A DNA stretch of 64,000 bases from Lama guanicoe. Lineage: Eukaryota. The position numbers and the translations under genes are program-made. This document shows positions 24,271 through 37,228 of the stretch, one piece after another. The stretch is from assembly GCA_013239625.1 (NCBI GenBank), contig MU053561.1, positions 2,930,283 through 2,994,282 on the forward strand, in the 5' to 3' direction. Each line of letters starts with the position of its first letter. Position 1 is the first letter of the stretch. The notes under the pieces are model-generated. The model did not search any database. It was not told the origin of the DNA and saw only the letters and a program-made list of their open reading frames with translations.

Positions 24271-27200
24271 ATATGGGAAGTGGGGATGTGAACCCAGGTG
24301 TGAACTTAATTAAAAAGCAGTTGGAGTGGGCAGAAGGGAGACTTTGACCTTTTTTAAGGCCGTATCATCAGAAATTCTTCTCTCTGCCCTCAGTTAACAG
24401 CCTAATTTACAGACGTGGTTTCTCTTCGTCGGGGCCTGGGTGGAGGAGCAGGAGTAACAGCAGTGCCAGTGGTAGCGCCTGATGTCTGTTGCGCTTTCCT
24501 TGTGTGCCCGTCACCATCCTGACTGCTTTGGGTACAGTAACTTCCTTAGTTCTGACTTAATCCATGCAATGCCATGAGTGGGTACTTGTTCCACCCATTT
24601 TACAGGTGAGAACACTGACACAAAGGATAAATAAATTATCCAGTGATCCATAATATGTGGCAGAGGCAAGATTCAAATACAGGCAGGCAGTCTGGCTCTG
24701 GAGTCCAAGCTCTGAATTTTATTTTATGGCATTTTTCCCCCTCAGGAATCCTCTTTGCTACCATGTACTTTGATTTAATGCCCCCTCTCTCTGGTTTGCC
24801 ATCCCTCATGTCCTGATCCCCTGTAGCAAATGCTTAATTTTTGCTTTTTTAAGTTGGGGTCACAAGATACCTGTAGAGGTTCCTCGAGATACAGTTTGCT
24901 AAACGGTGTAGAAGTTTAATTTGCGCCTCCTCTAATGACTCTGTTTCTTCTAACTTCTGCCACCAGGTGGCTCCAAGGCTTGGGGACACCAGAACTCAGC
25001 CCAGTGCCAGCTTCTCTTCTTTCTAATCTCTCTCCATATCTTGCCTCTCAAAACACGGATTCTTATCCCTGCTCTGGTATTTTCTATGGGAACACCCAGC
25101 ACCCCCCCGTTAAAGATGATTTTGTTTAATATTCTGATTCTAACAAAATCAAATTGAAACCCAGGGACTGTTGGCTCACTCATGTGGGTCCTTTTGTCAG
25201 CCTTCCACAGCTGACTTCATCTGCTCCCAAGAAAGCTCTGTGTGGTCTTTGCCCCAGACCAGTCCTCACCAGAGCCACCTGCCGACCTGACCACATCACG
25301 GGTATTTGTTCCACTGAAACCTCTGGCTGGATGGCATGATGAACTTGCTGTGGCTCTGTTACTGACCATTCTAGACATGTGCTTCCTGTTCCGAATGCCT
25401 GTCCCCGAGGAAGTCTTCCGAGAACGCTTCCCTCCGGCTTTGCTGTTGATTTAGCTTAGCCTCACTCCTGCTGATGGAAGAGTGTGACCCCCCGCAGGGG
25501 GCATTTAAGCAGGACTTTAAGCCAGTTCAACATATTCAATTCTTAGTTCTTAATCAATTCTTTTCTCTTTTAATTTTGAAGCATTGCTTTGCTTCCCTCT
25601 GATTTTCATTAGCACCAAAAACACCCTCCAATTACATGTCCCTAAATACAGAAGCAATAAGGGAAGTGTCAGCACTCATGTTCCAAATATTTACAACCCC
25701 ATCTTGGTCTGGCTATTAAATACTGCACATTAAAATTGACAAAGCAATAAACAAGCTTCCAGGAGGACAGCCTCCGGTGGAGAGAGCCGACTTGTCAGTG
25801 GGTGTATTCTGCTGGGACGTTACTGACGGGCAGTCAGGATGAATATTTAATACCCTCTGGATGCTGCCAAATCTGTTCTCTCCAGTTTTTTATTGCTGAC
25901 CTGGCAGATGGAGAGAGCTGAGGGCTTTTTCTTGACTTCTGTGAGTCCAGGGCTTGCGACAGTGGCTCTCCTTGTCAGTCTAGTAGGTGACAGGCTGCCC
26001 CAACCTTCAGAGGGATTGGCCCCTCCTTTGTTTCAGGAGAACCTGGGAACCTCCATCCCACGTGCATGGGGCTTCTGCCAGCTGGGTATTCAGAGATAGA
26101 GTGAGCATGAGAGCAGGAGCCTTCGAGGAGTCCCTAGCCCTCCCCCGACTCCTCAGGCCTCGTTGTCATGGTGACACCAGGTGCACCTGTTTGGAGTCAA
26201 TGAGCAAGGGTGACTGCTCTGTCTGCAGACAGGTAAGGCAGACGGGGCGTGTATGGGTTACTCCGAATTAGCTGTTTCCACCTCCTAAATGCTGCTACCT
26301 TCTCCTTGCCTCCTCCCTCCCAGTGCCTTCCGCAAGCGTGTTTGAGCACCTGCCGTGTGCCAGTTTCCATGCTGGGTGCTGCGGCTGCAGAGATGGGTGT
26401 GTCCTGGTCCCTGCCTGTCAGGCTGTCCGGAGGCCTGGGAAGAGAGGAGTGCAGGGAAGAATTCCAGGCATGGTAGAGCCAGCCCAGGACATGGGCCATA
26501 GGCCTGAAGGGGGAATCGCCTCCATGGCCGTGGGCGGAGGGAAGGAGTGGTGGGGAATTCAGGTGCAGACCAGAGCACGAATAAAGAACCTCACGAGGGA
26601 AGAAGCAGCGTGCTGGTTTTGATATGACTGAAGCATGGGGTTGGAGAGAGATTTGTCCCCAGGTAGGTTAGAAAGGGCCATTTGTACATAGCAGTATGGA
26701 GGATCACCATTAGTGAAGGTGAAAAGTAAAGGCAGACCAGACAGCCTGGGTTTCAGTCCTGTTTCTGTCACTTACGAGCGGTGTGACCTTGGGCAAGTGT
26801 CTTTGTAGAACTGAGGATAATAATAAACTGAGCAATTAGGGCTTTAGATGGTCCTCAGATTATATGCTCTCTTTTTAATAACAATTTAGAATTGTCTCTC
26901 TACTACTCTAAAATAAAATTCATGGACAGTATGACATTCCCACTCACTTAATCTTTAAAAAGTTGTTACAATGCCCCAATTGTGGAGGAAAGGAGAAATT
27001 TATAAAATAATATGTTCTAGCGTGTCAGTGCTCAGGGCCAGCTGCTCTGGGAGGCTCAGCCCCACGGTCGATGCTGCAGACGCTGCAGAGGGCAGAGGCA
27101 CAGCCAGCCTGCCCCTCTGGCTCCCGGGCAGCACCGCCCTCTGGACCAGTGCCTGACATCCTGGGCAACTCTTGCGACAATGCTGAACAAAGTAAATGCC

Positions 27201-28732
27201 TTCCTTGATTTACCTGGCATATGTTAAAACTATGCAAAAGAAAAGAAAAGTGTACTTAGTAAAATGAAAAGTAGGTTCTAGGTGCAGAGACAGTTTTCAC
27301 TTCTATGGAAATGGTTCCGAAGTCATGCAGGACACAAGGCAGAGCTGTGCTGCACGGAGTCGTCCCAGGCTGGGTTGACGTCATCACTGGCTCTAGTCCA
27401 TTCTGTACTTCCCCCGCCTCCGCCCCCACCAGAGACCTCCCACAGCTTTCTGCGGTGTCCCTCGGGGTATCGCTGCCCTGCTAGGCTCTAAAGCTGGTAG
27501 CAGCCAGTTCCTCCTTGCAGCTTGGTGAGACTGAGGCTGGAGACCGGAAGACTCTTGAGTACAAGGTTTGAGAAAGAGAAGATGAGGGGCTCAGACAGGC
27601 TATGACCGTGGGGAGGGGAGGGCAGGGGGCCAAGGGCGGTGTTTAGGCTACAGGGACTCGAGGGTGTAGTAGTTGCTTGACTGGCAGGTGCCTTTGCCCC
27701 TCCTCCTCTGAGGACAGATGGGATACTAATGTGTGCGCACACGCGTATGTGCGCGTGTGCACGCACGCAGACACTTTTTCCCCATAGCTCTGTCTTCGTT
27801 CTCTCCCAGCATTTTGGCTGATTTGCGTCCCTCAATGAGAAAAACCTCTGCTGTCCAGCCACTGGCCCCTTCTACTCCTAATGATCCTGCTTACTATCAC
27901 GTCCTCGTAATGAAGAAGAGTCTCCCTTCTCTCCTGCTCCCTCACTGCCCGTCTGCTACCCTCTGGCCTCTGCTCCCATCGCTGCACAGGAACTGCTATC
28001 TCCAGAGTTACCTGCGGCCACCTCACTGCCACACGTGTGGCTTCTCAAACTCAGCACATCAGAATTACCTGGAGGGCTGGTGAAGCTGCAGGTCGCTGGG
28101 CCGCTGCCGTGGCGGTTGTGAGTCAGTGTCTCCACCCCAGGCGCTGCTGGTGCTGCGTGTCCGCAGGTGGTCAGGAGCTGGTACCCGCTCCGGGCCCCTT
28201 GCAGTCTGGTCGGGGCTCACCTTTCCAACTTCATCTACCACACCTGACCACCTGCTCGTCCCTGAATACAGTGCACAGAGATGTTCTCACCTTTGCTCAC
28301 CTGTCCCCTCTCCCCGGGGTGCCCTTCCTCTCTCCTGCTCTGCCGGGGAACACCTACTCATCTGTTTTCCAGGCCCTCGCTCGGATGTCACACATGGTTG
28401 AAAATGTTCTCTCCCCCTTGTCACAATTTCCTGTATGTTTCTGTACCGCCAAGAAAAGCTCAGTCACATCTTTATTCTGTCAACCGTTTATTGTTTGGCA
28501 GGTGATTGCATCATCGCCTCTGCCCTTCAGATGCTGATGATTTGGTAGGAAAGAGAAAAACCTTAAAAAAATTAACTTCAACGTAAGGTAGCCACGTGTA
28601 AGAGAGCTCTCACGGGGTTTAAGGGAACCCTTTCTTGATGAGAGAAATGAGTTTGGGGTGAGAAGCGCACACACAAAGCAGAACCCGCAGGACAGGTAGG
28701 TTGGATAATGAAAGAGCTTCACTCCTGTGCTG

Positions 28733-28808
28733 TGCTGGCAGGTGGGGCCTGAGCTGGCAGGTGGGGCCTGTGCTGGCAGGTGGGGCCTGAGCTGGCAGGT
28801 GGGGCCTG
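28733..28808. repeat. 19-bp minisatellite, 4 copies
   Basis: (T/A)GCTGGCAGGTGGGGCCTG at 28733, 28752, 28771 and 28790. Confidence 0.95.
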
Positions 28809-28947
28809 GCCCGTGGCCTCTCTCACCTATCCTTCTGCGGCTTCCTCCCGCTGACTCACTGTTGGGGATTAACCAAGCCTCAGTCCTCAGAATCCTTTCT
28901 TTCACTTCTATGTTTATGGCCTAAGTCCATTCACTGACACAGCCAAG

Positions 28948-29112
28948 GCCAAGGTTTCTCAGGCTTGAAGGGGCAGTTGAACCACCTGGGGACCTTGTGA
29001 AAAGGCAGATTCTGGTTCAGGAGGTCTGGGACGGGGCCTGTGAATCAGCATTTCTCACAAGTTCCCAGGCGACACGAATGCCACCGGTCCATAGACAGTT
29101 ATTCCCAGTAGC
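28948..29112. mobile_element. MER5A-like hAT-Charlie remnant
   Basis: aaggtttctca...accacctggggaccttgtgaaaaggcagattctggttcaggaggtctggg...gcatttctcacaagttcccagg. A similar remnant lies at about 2215-2375. Confidence 0.7.
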
Positions 29113-31697
29113 AAGTTTGCCACTTATGTTTGGCAGTTCTTGATCTGACATGGAGCTTTGAACATGGGGCTGAGCCTGGAAACCAAAAAGAAAGGGGAAT
29201 AGTGAAAATGTAGGCTGTGTTGATTAGATACCAGCCTCTGTGCTAAACACTTTCTGTAGAACATTGCTTTTCATCTGCACAGCCCTCCTATGAGGTGAGT
29301 GCTCTGACTGTTCTCATCTTGCAGATGAAAATACCTACAGTTCTTAAGGGGGCTGGGCTCTCCTAACCCCAGGAGGAAGGTGGAGCAGGCAGGCCGCACA
29401 TCGCCCAGGGCAGTGCTGGGCAGGACGTGGGAGTGCTTCCTAATTAGTTGTGCAGGCTGCTGTCTCCCCTGGGCTCCAGGAAAGGTCCTCCTTGTCCTTG
29501 AGATGTGAGGGGAAATTCAGAGCACAGAGTAGGAGCTGACCGCTCGCCCCTCATCAAACATGCGCCAAATTTCAAAAATGCCTCTCTTTCAAGCTGTTCA
29601 AGACTTCACAATATTTTGACATGGAAAGGAGAACAAAAAATGGAAATGCTTTGAAACATTTCTCTTCCTTGGATTTTTGTTCCCAGACCACGTGACTGAG
29701 TTGAAGTTTAGTCATAGGAACCCAGTTTAACATATGCAGTTACTATAGCAATGGAGGTTTCCTTAGTAACAGTTGCAAAAATAAATCTGGGCCCAATTAA
29801 TAATACATTTTAAAGCTCTTTCTAATCTACACTGAGCAACCCAGTTTTGTTGGCCAAGAACCAGATGATTCAGGTGGTATCATTTGCTCTGATACAGATA
29901 TCATTTGCATGCAGTGAATTGGGTTGGAAAGGAATGAAAAGGGAGCTGGTTGTTTTAAGTATTAGAGGCATTGGATCTGCAAAGTCTACGGGCAAGCAAA
30001 TGGGAATCCAGTTTCCAGAGCTTGGGCACTTATCAGTAAAGCCTTCCCCGAATCCCACTGACCTGAGGACTTCGTAGGTTTAGAGAAGGAAGAAGGCAGG
30101 AGATGGGGCTTTTCCCCAAAAAGAGATGAAACCTGAAAGGTGGGGTCGTGGGCCATAGGATTTCTCTCAGATGGGCGCTGGGTGCGTTTCTGCTGGCTTG
30201 AGAAGGTCTCTGGGTGTGAGTTCAGCTTCCTTTGTGAAGAGTGTCACCTGACTTAGCACGAGAGACACAGCCTGAGGGTCGCTTTTGTAGTCATGGTTTT
30301 GGGTATCGGATTCTGCCGTACTCAGCTCGCTGAATCAACTCAGCCACTCAGAACCTTTGTCTGTGCCTTACCCAGTGCCCAGGTGACAGTCTGGAGCTTT
30401 CAGGAGTTTCAGTTGCCTTGGCACGTGGGACTCAGACCTTGATGCTGTCTTTCCACACCAAGCTCCAAGCAAGCCAGCCGGCTAGTGCTGGCAGAGAAGG
30501 CCCAATCCTGTGTCTGGATCAAGAGACTGACCAGCAGGGATGCTGGAGACCGGCCCTGGCCAACCTGCCCTGGCCTCCCCTCTGGGCAGGCTCGTTGGAG
30601 GAAGCCCAGCTCACTTGCCCTGCTGCGGTCTGTGCCATGCCCTGGGTTTCCTTCTCAACTGCTGAGTGATTTGGTCTTCAAAGAGCAAAGTGTCAAGAGA
30701 GCGGTTAGAGTGGAATGATGATTGTGTGATTAGCTCCCTAAGAGGAACTTGAAATTGTGACTTTTTCCCTTTTTTTTTTCTTCTTATTTTCAGTAGGGGC
30801 AGACGGTGGGTAGAGGAAGCAGAGCCAAGTATAATAATGATGGAGTGGGTGAGATCTCAGATTACCTTCATAAGATATATTGCATCAGACCATGGCTTCT
30901 TGCCACCTTAAAGGAGAGTGCGGTCATTAATTAGGGGGCAGGGGGCCCTCGGCAGTCTGCCCTCCACTTCTGGTTTTGGAGCAGTATAGCGAGGGGAAGG
31001 GGAGGCTGGAGTTGGCTCTGTTCTGTCCTGTTGCTTATCATTTTCTTCTTCATTTTCTCCCTCCCTCTCCCTTAAGCAGAACACCTCAGCATCCTCTAAC
31101 CACCTGCTGCCATGTTTCTCCAGCCCACTCTCGATCACTCACCCACTCACACATCTCAGCAAACATTGATCAAGTGCTTCCCAAAGCCCAGGCTCTAGGG
31201 GTTCAGTGATGAGAACGTCCCCAGGCAGGATGTATTCTTCAGGGCACCCCCACCACTGAGCCTCATGAAGAGCACTGAGTGGGTGCACTCTGAATATTTG
31301 CAGATAGAACGGGAAAAGCTTGTTTTCTCTTGGGGGGCTCACAGACTAGGGTGGGAGTGAGACGTTAGGAAAAACAGCCTGAAGATACATACGAATACTG
31401 ATGAAAGCGCAGGGGAGGGGCATCTGACCCCGAAGGCTGTGAGTGAGGGGGGAAGGACTCAAGGATGAGTAGAGAGCAGGGTCAGAGGGGAGATGGTAGG
31501 AGACAGATAGAGAGGACAGCTGAGCAGACCAGAGCTTAGGGGGAAACTGCATGGGGAGACGTGGTGTGGGTGTCAGGGATAGGGCGTGGACCTGAGTGAG
31601 GACAGTAGGGTGAGGGCCCCCGGATCCCGGAGGGACTTTGTACTGTGAAAGGAATTTTTTTTTCTTTATAATCTATAAGCAGTTGAGAGCCATTAAA

Positions 31698-32658
31698 TTT
31701 AAAAAAAAATTTTTAAATTGAAGTTGGTTTACAATGTTGTTTCAGTTTCAGATACATAGCAAAGTGATTCAGTAATCACTTTTTCAGATTCCTTTCCATT
31801 ACAGGTTATTACGAGATACTGAATATAGTTCCCTGTGCTATACAGTAGGTTCTTGTTATTTATTTTATATATAGTAGTGTATATATGATAACCCCAAACT
31901 CCTAATTTATCCCTCCCCTCCTTTCTCTTTTGGTAACCATAAGTTTATTTACTATGTCTGTGAGTCTATTTCTGGTTTGTAAATAAGTTCATCTGTATCA
32001 TTTTTTTTCAGATTCCACATATAAGTGATAACATATGATATTTGTCTTTCTCTGTCTGATACCCTTTACTTAATATAATAATCTGTAGTTCTATCCACGT
32101 TGCTGCAAATGACATGATTTCATTCTTTTTTATGGCTGAGAAATATTTCATTATATACATACACCATATCTGTATCTAGTCATTGTCGATGGGCATTTAG
32201 GTTGCTTCCATGTCTTCGCTATTATAAATAGTGCTGCTGTGAACACTGGGGTGCATGCATCTTTTCAAAATTTTTTCCAGATATATGCCCAGGAGAGGGA
32301 TTGCTGGCTTATATGGTAACTTTTTTAGTTTAAGGAATCTCCATACTGTTTTCCATAGTGGCTGCACCCATTTGCTTTCCCACCAACAGTGTAGGAGGGT
32401 TCCCTTCACACCCTCTCTAGCTTTGGTCATTTGTAGAATTTTGAATGATGGCCATTCTGACTGGTGTGAGGTGATACCTCGTTGTAGTTTTGATCTGCGT
32501 TTCTATAATAATTGGTGATGTTGAGCATCTTCTCATGTGCTTACTGGCCATCTGTACGTCTTCTTTGGAAAAGTGTCTATTTAGGACTTCTGCCCATTTT
32601 TCGATTGAGTTTTTTTATTTATTATTAAACTGTATGAGATGTTTGTTTGCATATTTTG
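31698..32658 (-). mobile_element. 5'-truncated LINE-1 (end of ORF2 plus 3' UTR) with 11-bp TSD
   Basis: Minus ORF 32197-32430 [23 protein letters not shown]...PAIPLLGIY is the L1 ORF2p C-terminus. Flanked by GAGCCATTAAA at 31687-31697 and 32659-32669. Confidence 0.92.
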
Positions 32659-33011
32659 GAGCCATTAAACTTTGCAACTAGGGGGATGATATGGGCAGGT
32701 GTGTGTTTCAGCTGGATTCCCCCCAGAGGCCATGTGATGGTGGGGGGAGCAGGCAGGAGACCAGGAGAGATGGTGAGGACCTAAGCTGGGGTGAGGCAGG
32801 GAGGAAACAGATGGAGGGATGTTTGGGGTGTAGTTGGTTCTGTGCCGCTGTCCTCTTGCCTTTGGAGGACGCCCATCAGTGTTCAGTCCTCTAGGGACTG
32901 TGCTGGGCAAAACCGAGCAGGCAGCCTGGAGGCGGGATTTGGGACGGCCCCGCTTGTAGGAATGTGTAGTGACGCTGTGAGTCTGCTGAGGCGCCCTCTT
33001 TTCCTTTGCAG

Positions 33012-33422
33012 TGACAAAGTTGCAGGTGAGCAAATCCAAGAGAACCCTCACCCTGGTGGAGAACAGGCCCATCCAGCTGAACTGCTCAGTCAAGTCCCAG
33101 ACCAGCCAGAACTCCCACTTCGCTGTGCTCTGGTACGTCCACAAGCCCTCGGACGCCGACGGCAAGCTCATCCTCAAAACCACCCACAACTCCGCCTTTG
33201 AGTACGGCACCTACGCGGAGGAGGAGGGCCTGAGGGCCAGGCTGCAGTTTGAGAGGCATGTGTCCGGGGGCCTGTTCAGCCTCACTGTCCAGAGAGCTGA
33301 GGTCAGCGACAGCGGCAGCTACTACTGCCACGTGGAGGAGTGGCTGCTGAGCCCCAACTATGCCTGGTACAAGCTGGCAGAGGAGGTTTCAGGGCGCACA
33401 GAAGTCACCGTGAAGCAGCCAG
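33012..33422 (+). CDS. IGSF3: IGSF3 coding exon, Ig-V domain 6 (411 nt, phase 1/1)
   Basis: Acceptor cttttcctttgcag at 33011, donor G|gtaagg at 33423. Encodes (V)TKLQVSKSKRTLTLVENRPIQLNC...DSGSYYCHVEEWL...VTVKQP. Confidence 0.96.
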
Positions 33423-33510
33423 GTAAGGACAGAGGTTGCCGCTAGCCTGAGCCAGTTGGCTGGGAGACTGCCTGTGGCGGGTGCGGGGCTCTGCAGGGCC
33501 CACCCTGGAT

Positions 33511-33623
33511 GTGGGTACATTACATAGAGCATTATCCTTGTGCACCGTGGGTGCGGTACGTAGAGCATCATCCTCGTGCACTGTGGGTGCGGTACGTAGA
33601 GCATCATCCTCGTGCACCGTGGG
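33511..33623. repeat. 36-bp minisatellite, about 3.1 copies
   Basis: Units start at 33511, 33547 and 33583; consensus GTGGGTGCGGTACGTAGAGCATCATCCTCGTGCACC. Confidence 0.95.
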
Positions 33624-36600
33624 CCCACCCATTTGACCTAGTGTGTCCTGGTGCTAATGGTGAACTCAGAGGAGCATCCCTGGCTCTCCTGCTGTGGACA
33701 GCATCTTCACCAGGGAGAGGCCCAAGGGTCAGCTGTGGTTCCCAAGATGCTGCAAGGCAGGATCCCTGGCAGTGCCTGGATCTCCTTCTGGGTTTGCAGT
33801 GTGCACCTTAGATCTCGGGCCAGTGCCATCTCCATACCCAGGACTCCTGCCTAGAAGGCATCTTCTGGTTTCCTGCATCTGCTTCCCTCTTCTTCCTTAC
33901 CATCCTACCCCAGACCGGGGTTGAGCCCTTTCTGTCTCCAAACCGAATCACCACTTGACCCCAGCTTGGACCCTGTTGGGTGCAGCCTTATTCTGTTCAT
34001 ATTCTGCTACATGACAGTTGATGTCTGACCTCTGCTGGAATACTTCCAGGAACAGAGAGCTTACTACCTCCCCAGGCCTCAGTTCCACATTTGGGCAGCC
34101 TTGCTTGTTAAAAAGTTCCCCTCCCTGTAATTTCCCTCTCAGGTTTTAGGTCTGCCCAGAACAACCCAAGATTAGTCTGAGTTACATCCTTTCAAATATG
34201 TGAAGGGAGCTCCTGTGTGCCCCTGTCAGTCTCCCCTTCTCTTTGTTGAAAAGCTCTAGTTCTTTGAACTTCTCACATAATGTGTCCTTAAGCTCCCTTT
34301 TCATCCCTCATTCCTGTATGCCCTACAGTTTGTTGTTGTCTCTACCTGTACTTCCTGATGGGCTGTGGGATGCTATGTTGCCAGCCGAGTCTCATCTCCA
34401 TGCCTTTGCTTATGCTGCCCTCTCCTCCTAGAGTGCACCTCTCCTGCCGCTTCTCCCTTGTCTCCACCCCATTCCTAAGACTTCACTCAGCACTGCCTCC
34501 AGGAAGCCCTCCCTGATTTCTCCTGTATCACCAAGGATCCTACTTTTCTTCTCTTCTCTACTGTAAGCACTTAAGGGCAGGACTGTATCTTTGTATCTCC
34601 TGCCACTGGCATGGCACCCTTCATAAATATTGGTTAAAAAAGGAATGAATGGTTGCTTTCCTGGACAACCCAGGGCCTTCGTACTTGCTGTTCTCTTAGC
34701 CTGGAACGTGTTGACCATGGATATCCATCTATCTCTTTCTTCTCTGGAGAGGTGTTCCTAGCTCCTTTAACTAAAATCACACCCTAGTCACTCCGTATCC
34801 CCATTCCCCACCCCCTTTGTAGCTTGTCACCACCTGGCATACTATTCATACATAAGTAATTATGAACTACTTGTTCGTATTTATAGTTATGGAAGTTCAT
34901 TTATCATCGGTTATTAGGTAGGACTTGTTCAGTGGACAGGAAGTTATTATGAGTTCAGATTCACTGGACAGGAAGCCCCATGAGTGAACACAAGTCCTGT
35001 GTTCTTCACCGTTCTGTTCTCACGGCTTGTCTGCCAGGAGGCCTCAGGAAAAGTTTATTCTGTAAGCAAATGGAACCAGATGCAGAATTCCAGACGTGGC
35101 CTGGCCCACAGAATGCCGTGGGGCCGGTGCCTCCTTTTCTCAGGATGTTGGATTTCTCAGACTGCCCCAATCCAGGGACTCTCATCGGCCTCATGGTGAC
35201 ATTTTATGCCGACCCTTCTGGTGCATAAAATAGGAAGCTCTGGTCTCAGTGATGCCTGTTGGTATTTCCAGTGACCTACATCCCGCCTTCAGGCCAGTCC
35301 CTGGGGCTTTTGAAAACTGAAGGTTGCCTCGAGGCCCACAGATGTGCTGCTGGGTTTCTGTTCTTCCTGTTTTTAGTTCTGACCGTTTTCTCCACTGGGA
35401 GGATGGGTTCACCCCTCCCCCACCGTGTGTTTCCTCTTAGTCATCATCCTTCTTTTCCCTTTTCTCACTTGTGCTGAAACTAAGAGGTTCACGGTGGATC
35501 CTAAATGTATCGTGGGCATTTCCCCTCTGGTGATTACGGACTTTCAGCGAGCTCACTGGGGCAGTGCACAAGGCTCCTTGTCAAAACACAGTTAGTGAAA
35601 TCTCTGTTTATGGGGAATATTAACACTGTAAATAGAAAACTTACAGGACAGTTTAAAGCAACACATTTCCTTTTTTCAGTTGAAATTTTTAGTTTGTTTT
35701 TCTTTTATTGTTTTTTTCTACCCTGCTGCTTGTCGCTTCTCCCTCTCCACCCCCCCCCTTTTTTTTTTATAAGAAAGCATACATTTATAGAGCTTTTGGA
35801 AAATACTAGAAAAGCACAAAGGAGAAAAAAATCTTTCAACCAGAGGCAACTAGAGTTAACATCTTCCCATGTGTATATTTTGAGAGACTGATTATTTAAA
35901 ATATATTCTCTGTCTTTTTTTTTAAATTTTTTGATCTTTTATTATAGAAGTAATCATGTGCATTATAAAACATTCTGGCAGTACTGAAGTGGAGAAGTGA
36001 AAAGTGAAGGTACACGGCCCACCCCCTTCTCAGGTATCACTCAGGAGGGGTTCTGTGCATTTACAGTTTCATAGCTTTCCAACCCCTCTGGTCCAGAGAG
36101 GCTCCTTCGGGCCTTTTATGAAAATGCAAATGTGCTTTCAGGACATACCATGGTTAATGACACTTTTTCTCTGGAGAAGAATCTGATTGGCTGAGATTTC
36201 AAACCACCATCAATATCAGTCTTTACTGATGGCAGATCAATTCTGCTCCTGCCTTGAGAGGGAACCCACATGGGTTTTTGTGTTTTTTTTTTTTTTTTGG
36301 TAGAGAAAGTAAGAACCACAATTCTTCGGGCCAGCTCGAGAACATATTAAATTGGGTTTTCCCTGCAGTTCTTTTGAGGTTGACAGCCCAGCATGTTCTA
36401 GCCTTCATGTGGTCAGTTTGAAGGATTTGCTCTTGCTTTGAGCCGGGCTCTCACCATGCCCTTTCCTTCCCTTACTGGCCACCCCATCCAGTCGGCCATA
36501 TTCTTCATGGTCTGCTGTCACTGGATGTGCAATCACCTACCATGCATGCTTGTCCTCTCCTAAGCATCTGAACTAATGAGGGTAATAAATTAGGGGACAG

Positions 36601-36820
36601 CTGTTACTGTAACAGTGAATTGCCTGAAACTCAGGCACTGAGACCCATAATCAAGAGCTCAGAACGTGCAGGGTGCACATCTGAGAAACGCTTCTCGCTA
36701 ATTGAGCGTGCTGCTGGCCGCCTGTGTTCGGAAGGCACCTGGTCACCCGTGCTTGGAAAGGGTGCGTGCCAAGTGGCTCTTTGCTTTCTTGTTGCCCACA
36801 TCTCTTTCCTCGCTTTCCAG

Positions 36821-37228
36821 ACAGCCGCCTGAAGCTCAGCCAGGCGCAGGGGAACCTGTCGGTTCTGGAGACGCGGCAGGTGCAGCTGGAGTGCGTGGTC
36901 CTGAACCGCACGAGCGCCGCTTCCCAGCTGGTGGTGGAGTGGTTCGTGTGGAAGCCCAACCACCCGGAGCGGGAGACCGTGGCCCACCTCAGTCGCGATG
37001 CCACTTTCCACTACGGAGAGCAGGCGGCGAAAAACAACCTGAAGGGCCGGCTGCACGTGGAGAGCCCGTCCCCGGGCGTGTACCGGCTCTTCATCCAGAA
37101 CGTGGCGGTGCAGGACAGCGGGACCTACAGCTGCCGCGTGGAGGAGTGGCTGCCCAGCCCCGGCGGCATCTGGTACAAACGCGCGGAGGACACTGCCGGC
37201 CAGACCGCTGTTCGGGTCTCGCGACCAG
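36821..37228 (+). CDS. IGSF3: IGSF3 coding exon, Ig-V domain 7 (408 nt, phase 1/1)
   Basis: Acceptor cctcgctttccag at 36820, donor G|gtaagg at 37229. Encodes (D)SRLKLSQAQGNLSVLETRQVQLEC...DSGTYSCRVEEWL...VRVSRP. Confidence 0.96.

Noticed and set aside
33511..33623. 36-bp repeats as a CRISPR array
   Set aside because: The units are head-to-tail with no unique spacers, there are no cas genes, and the context is a mammalian intron.
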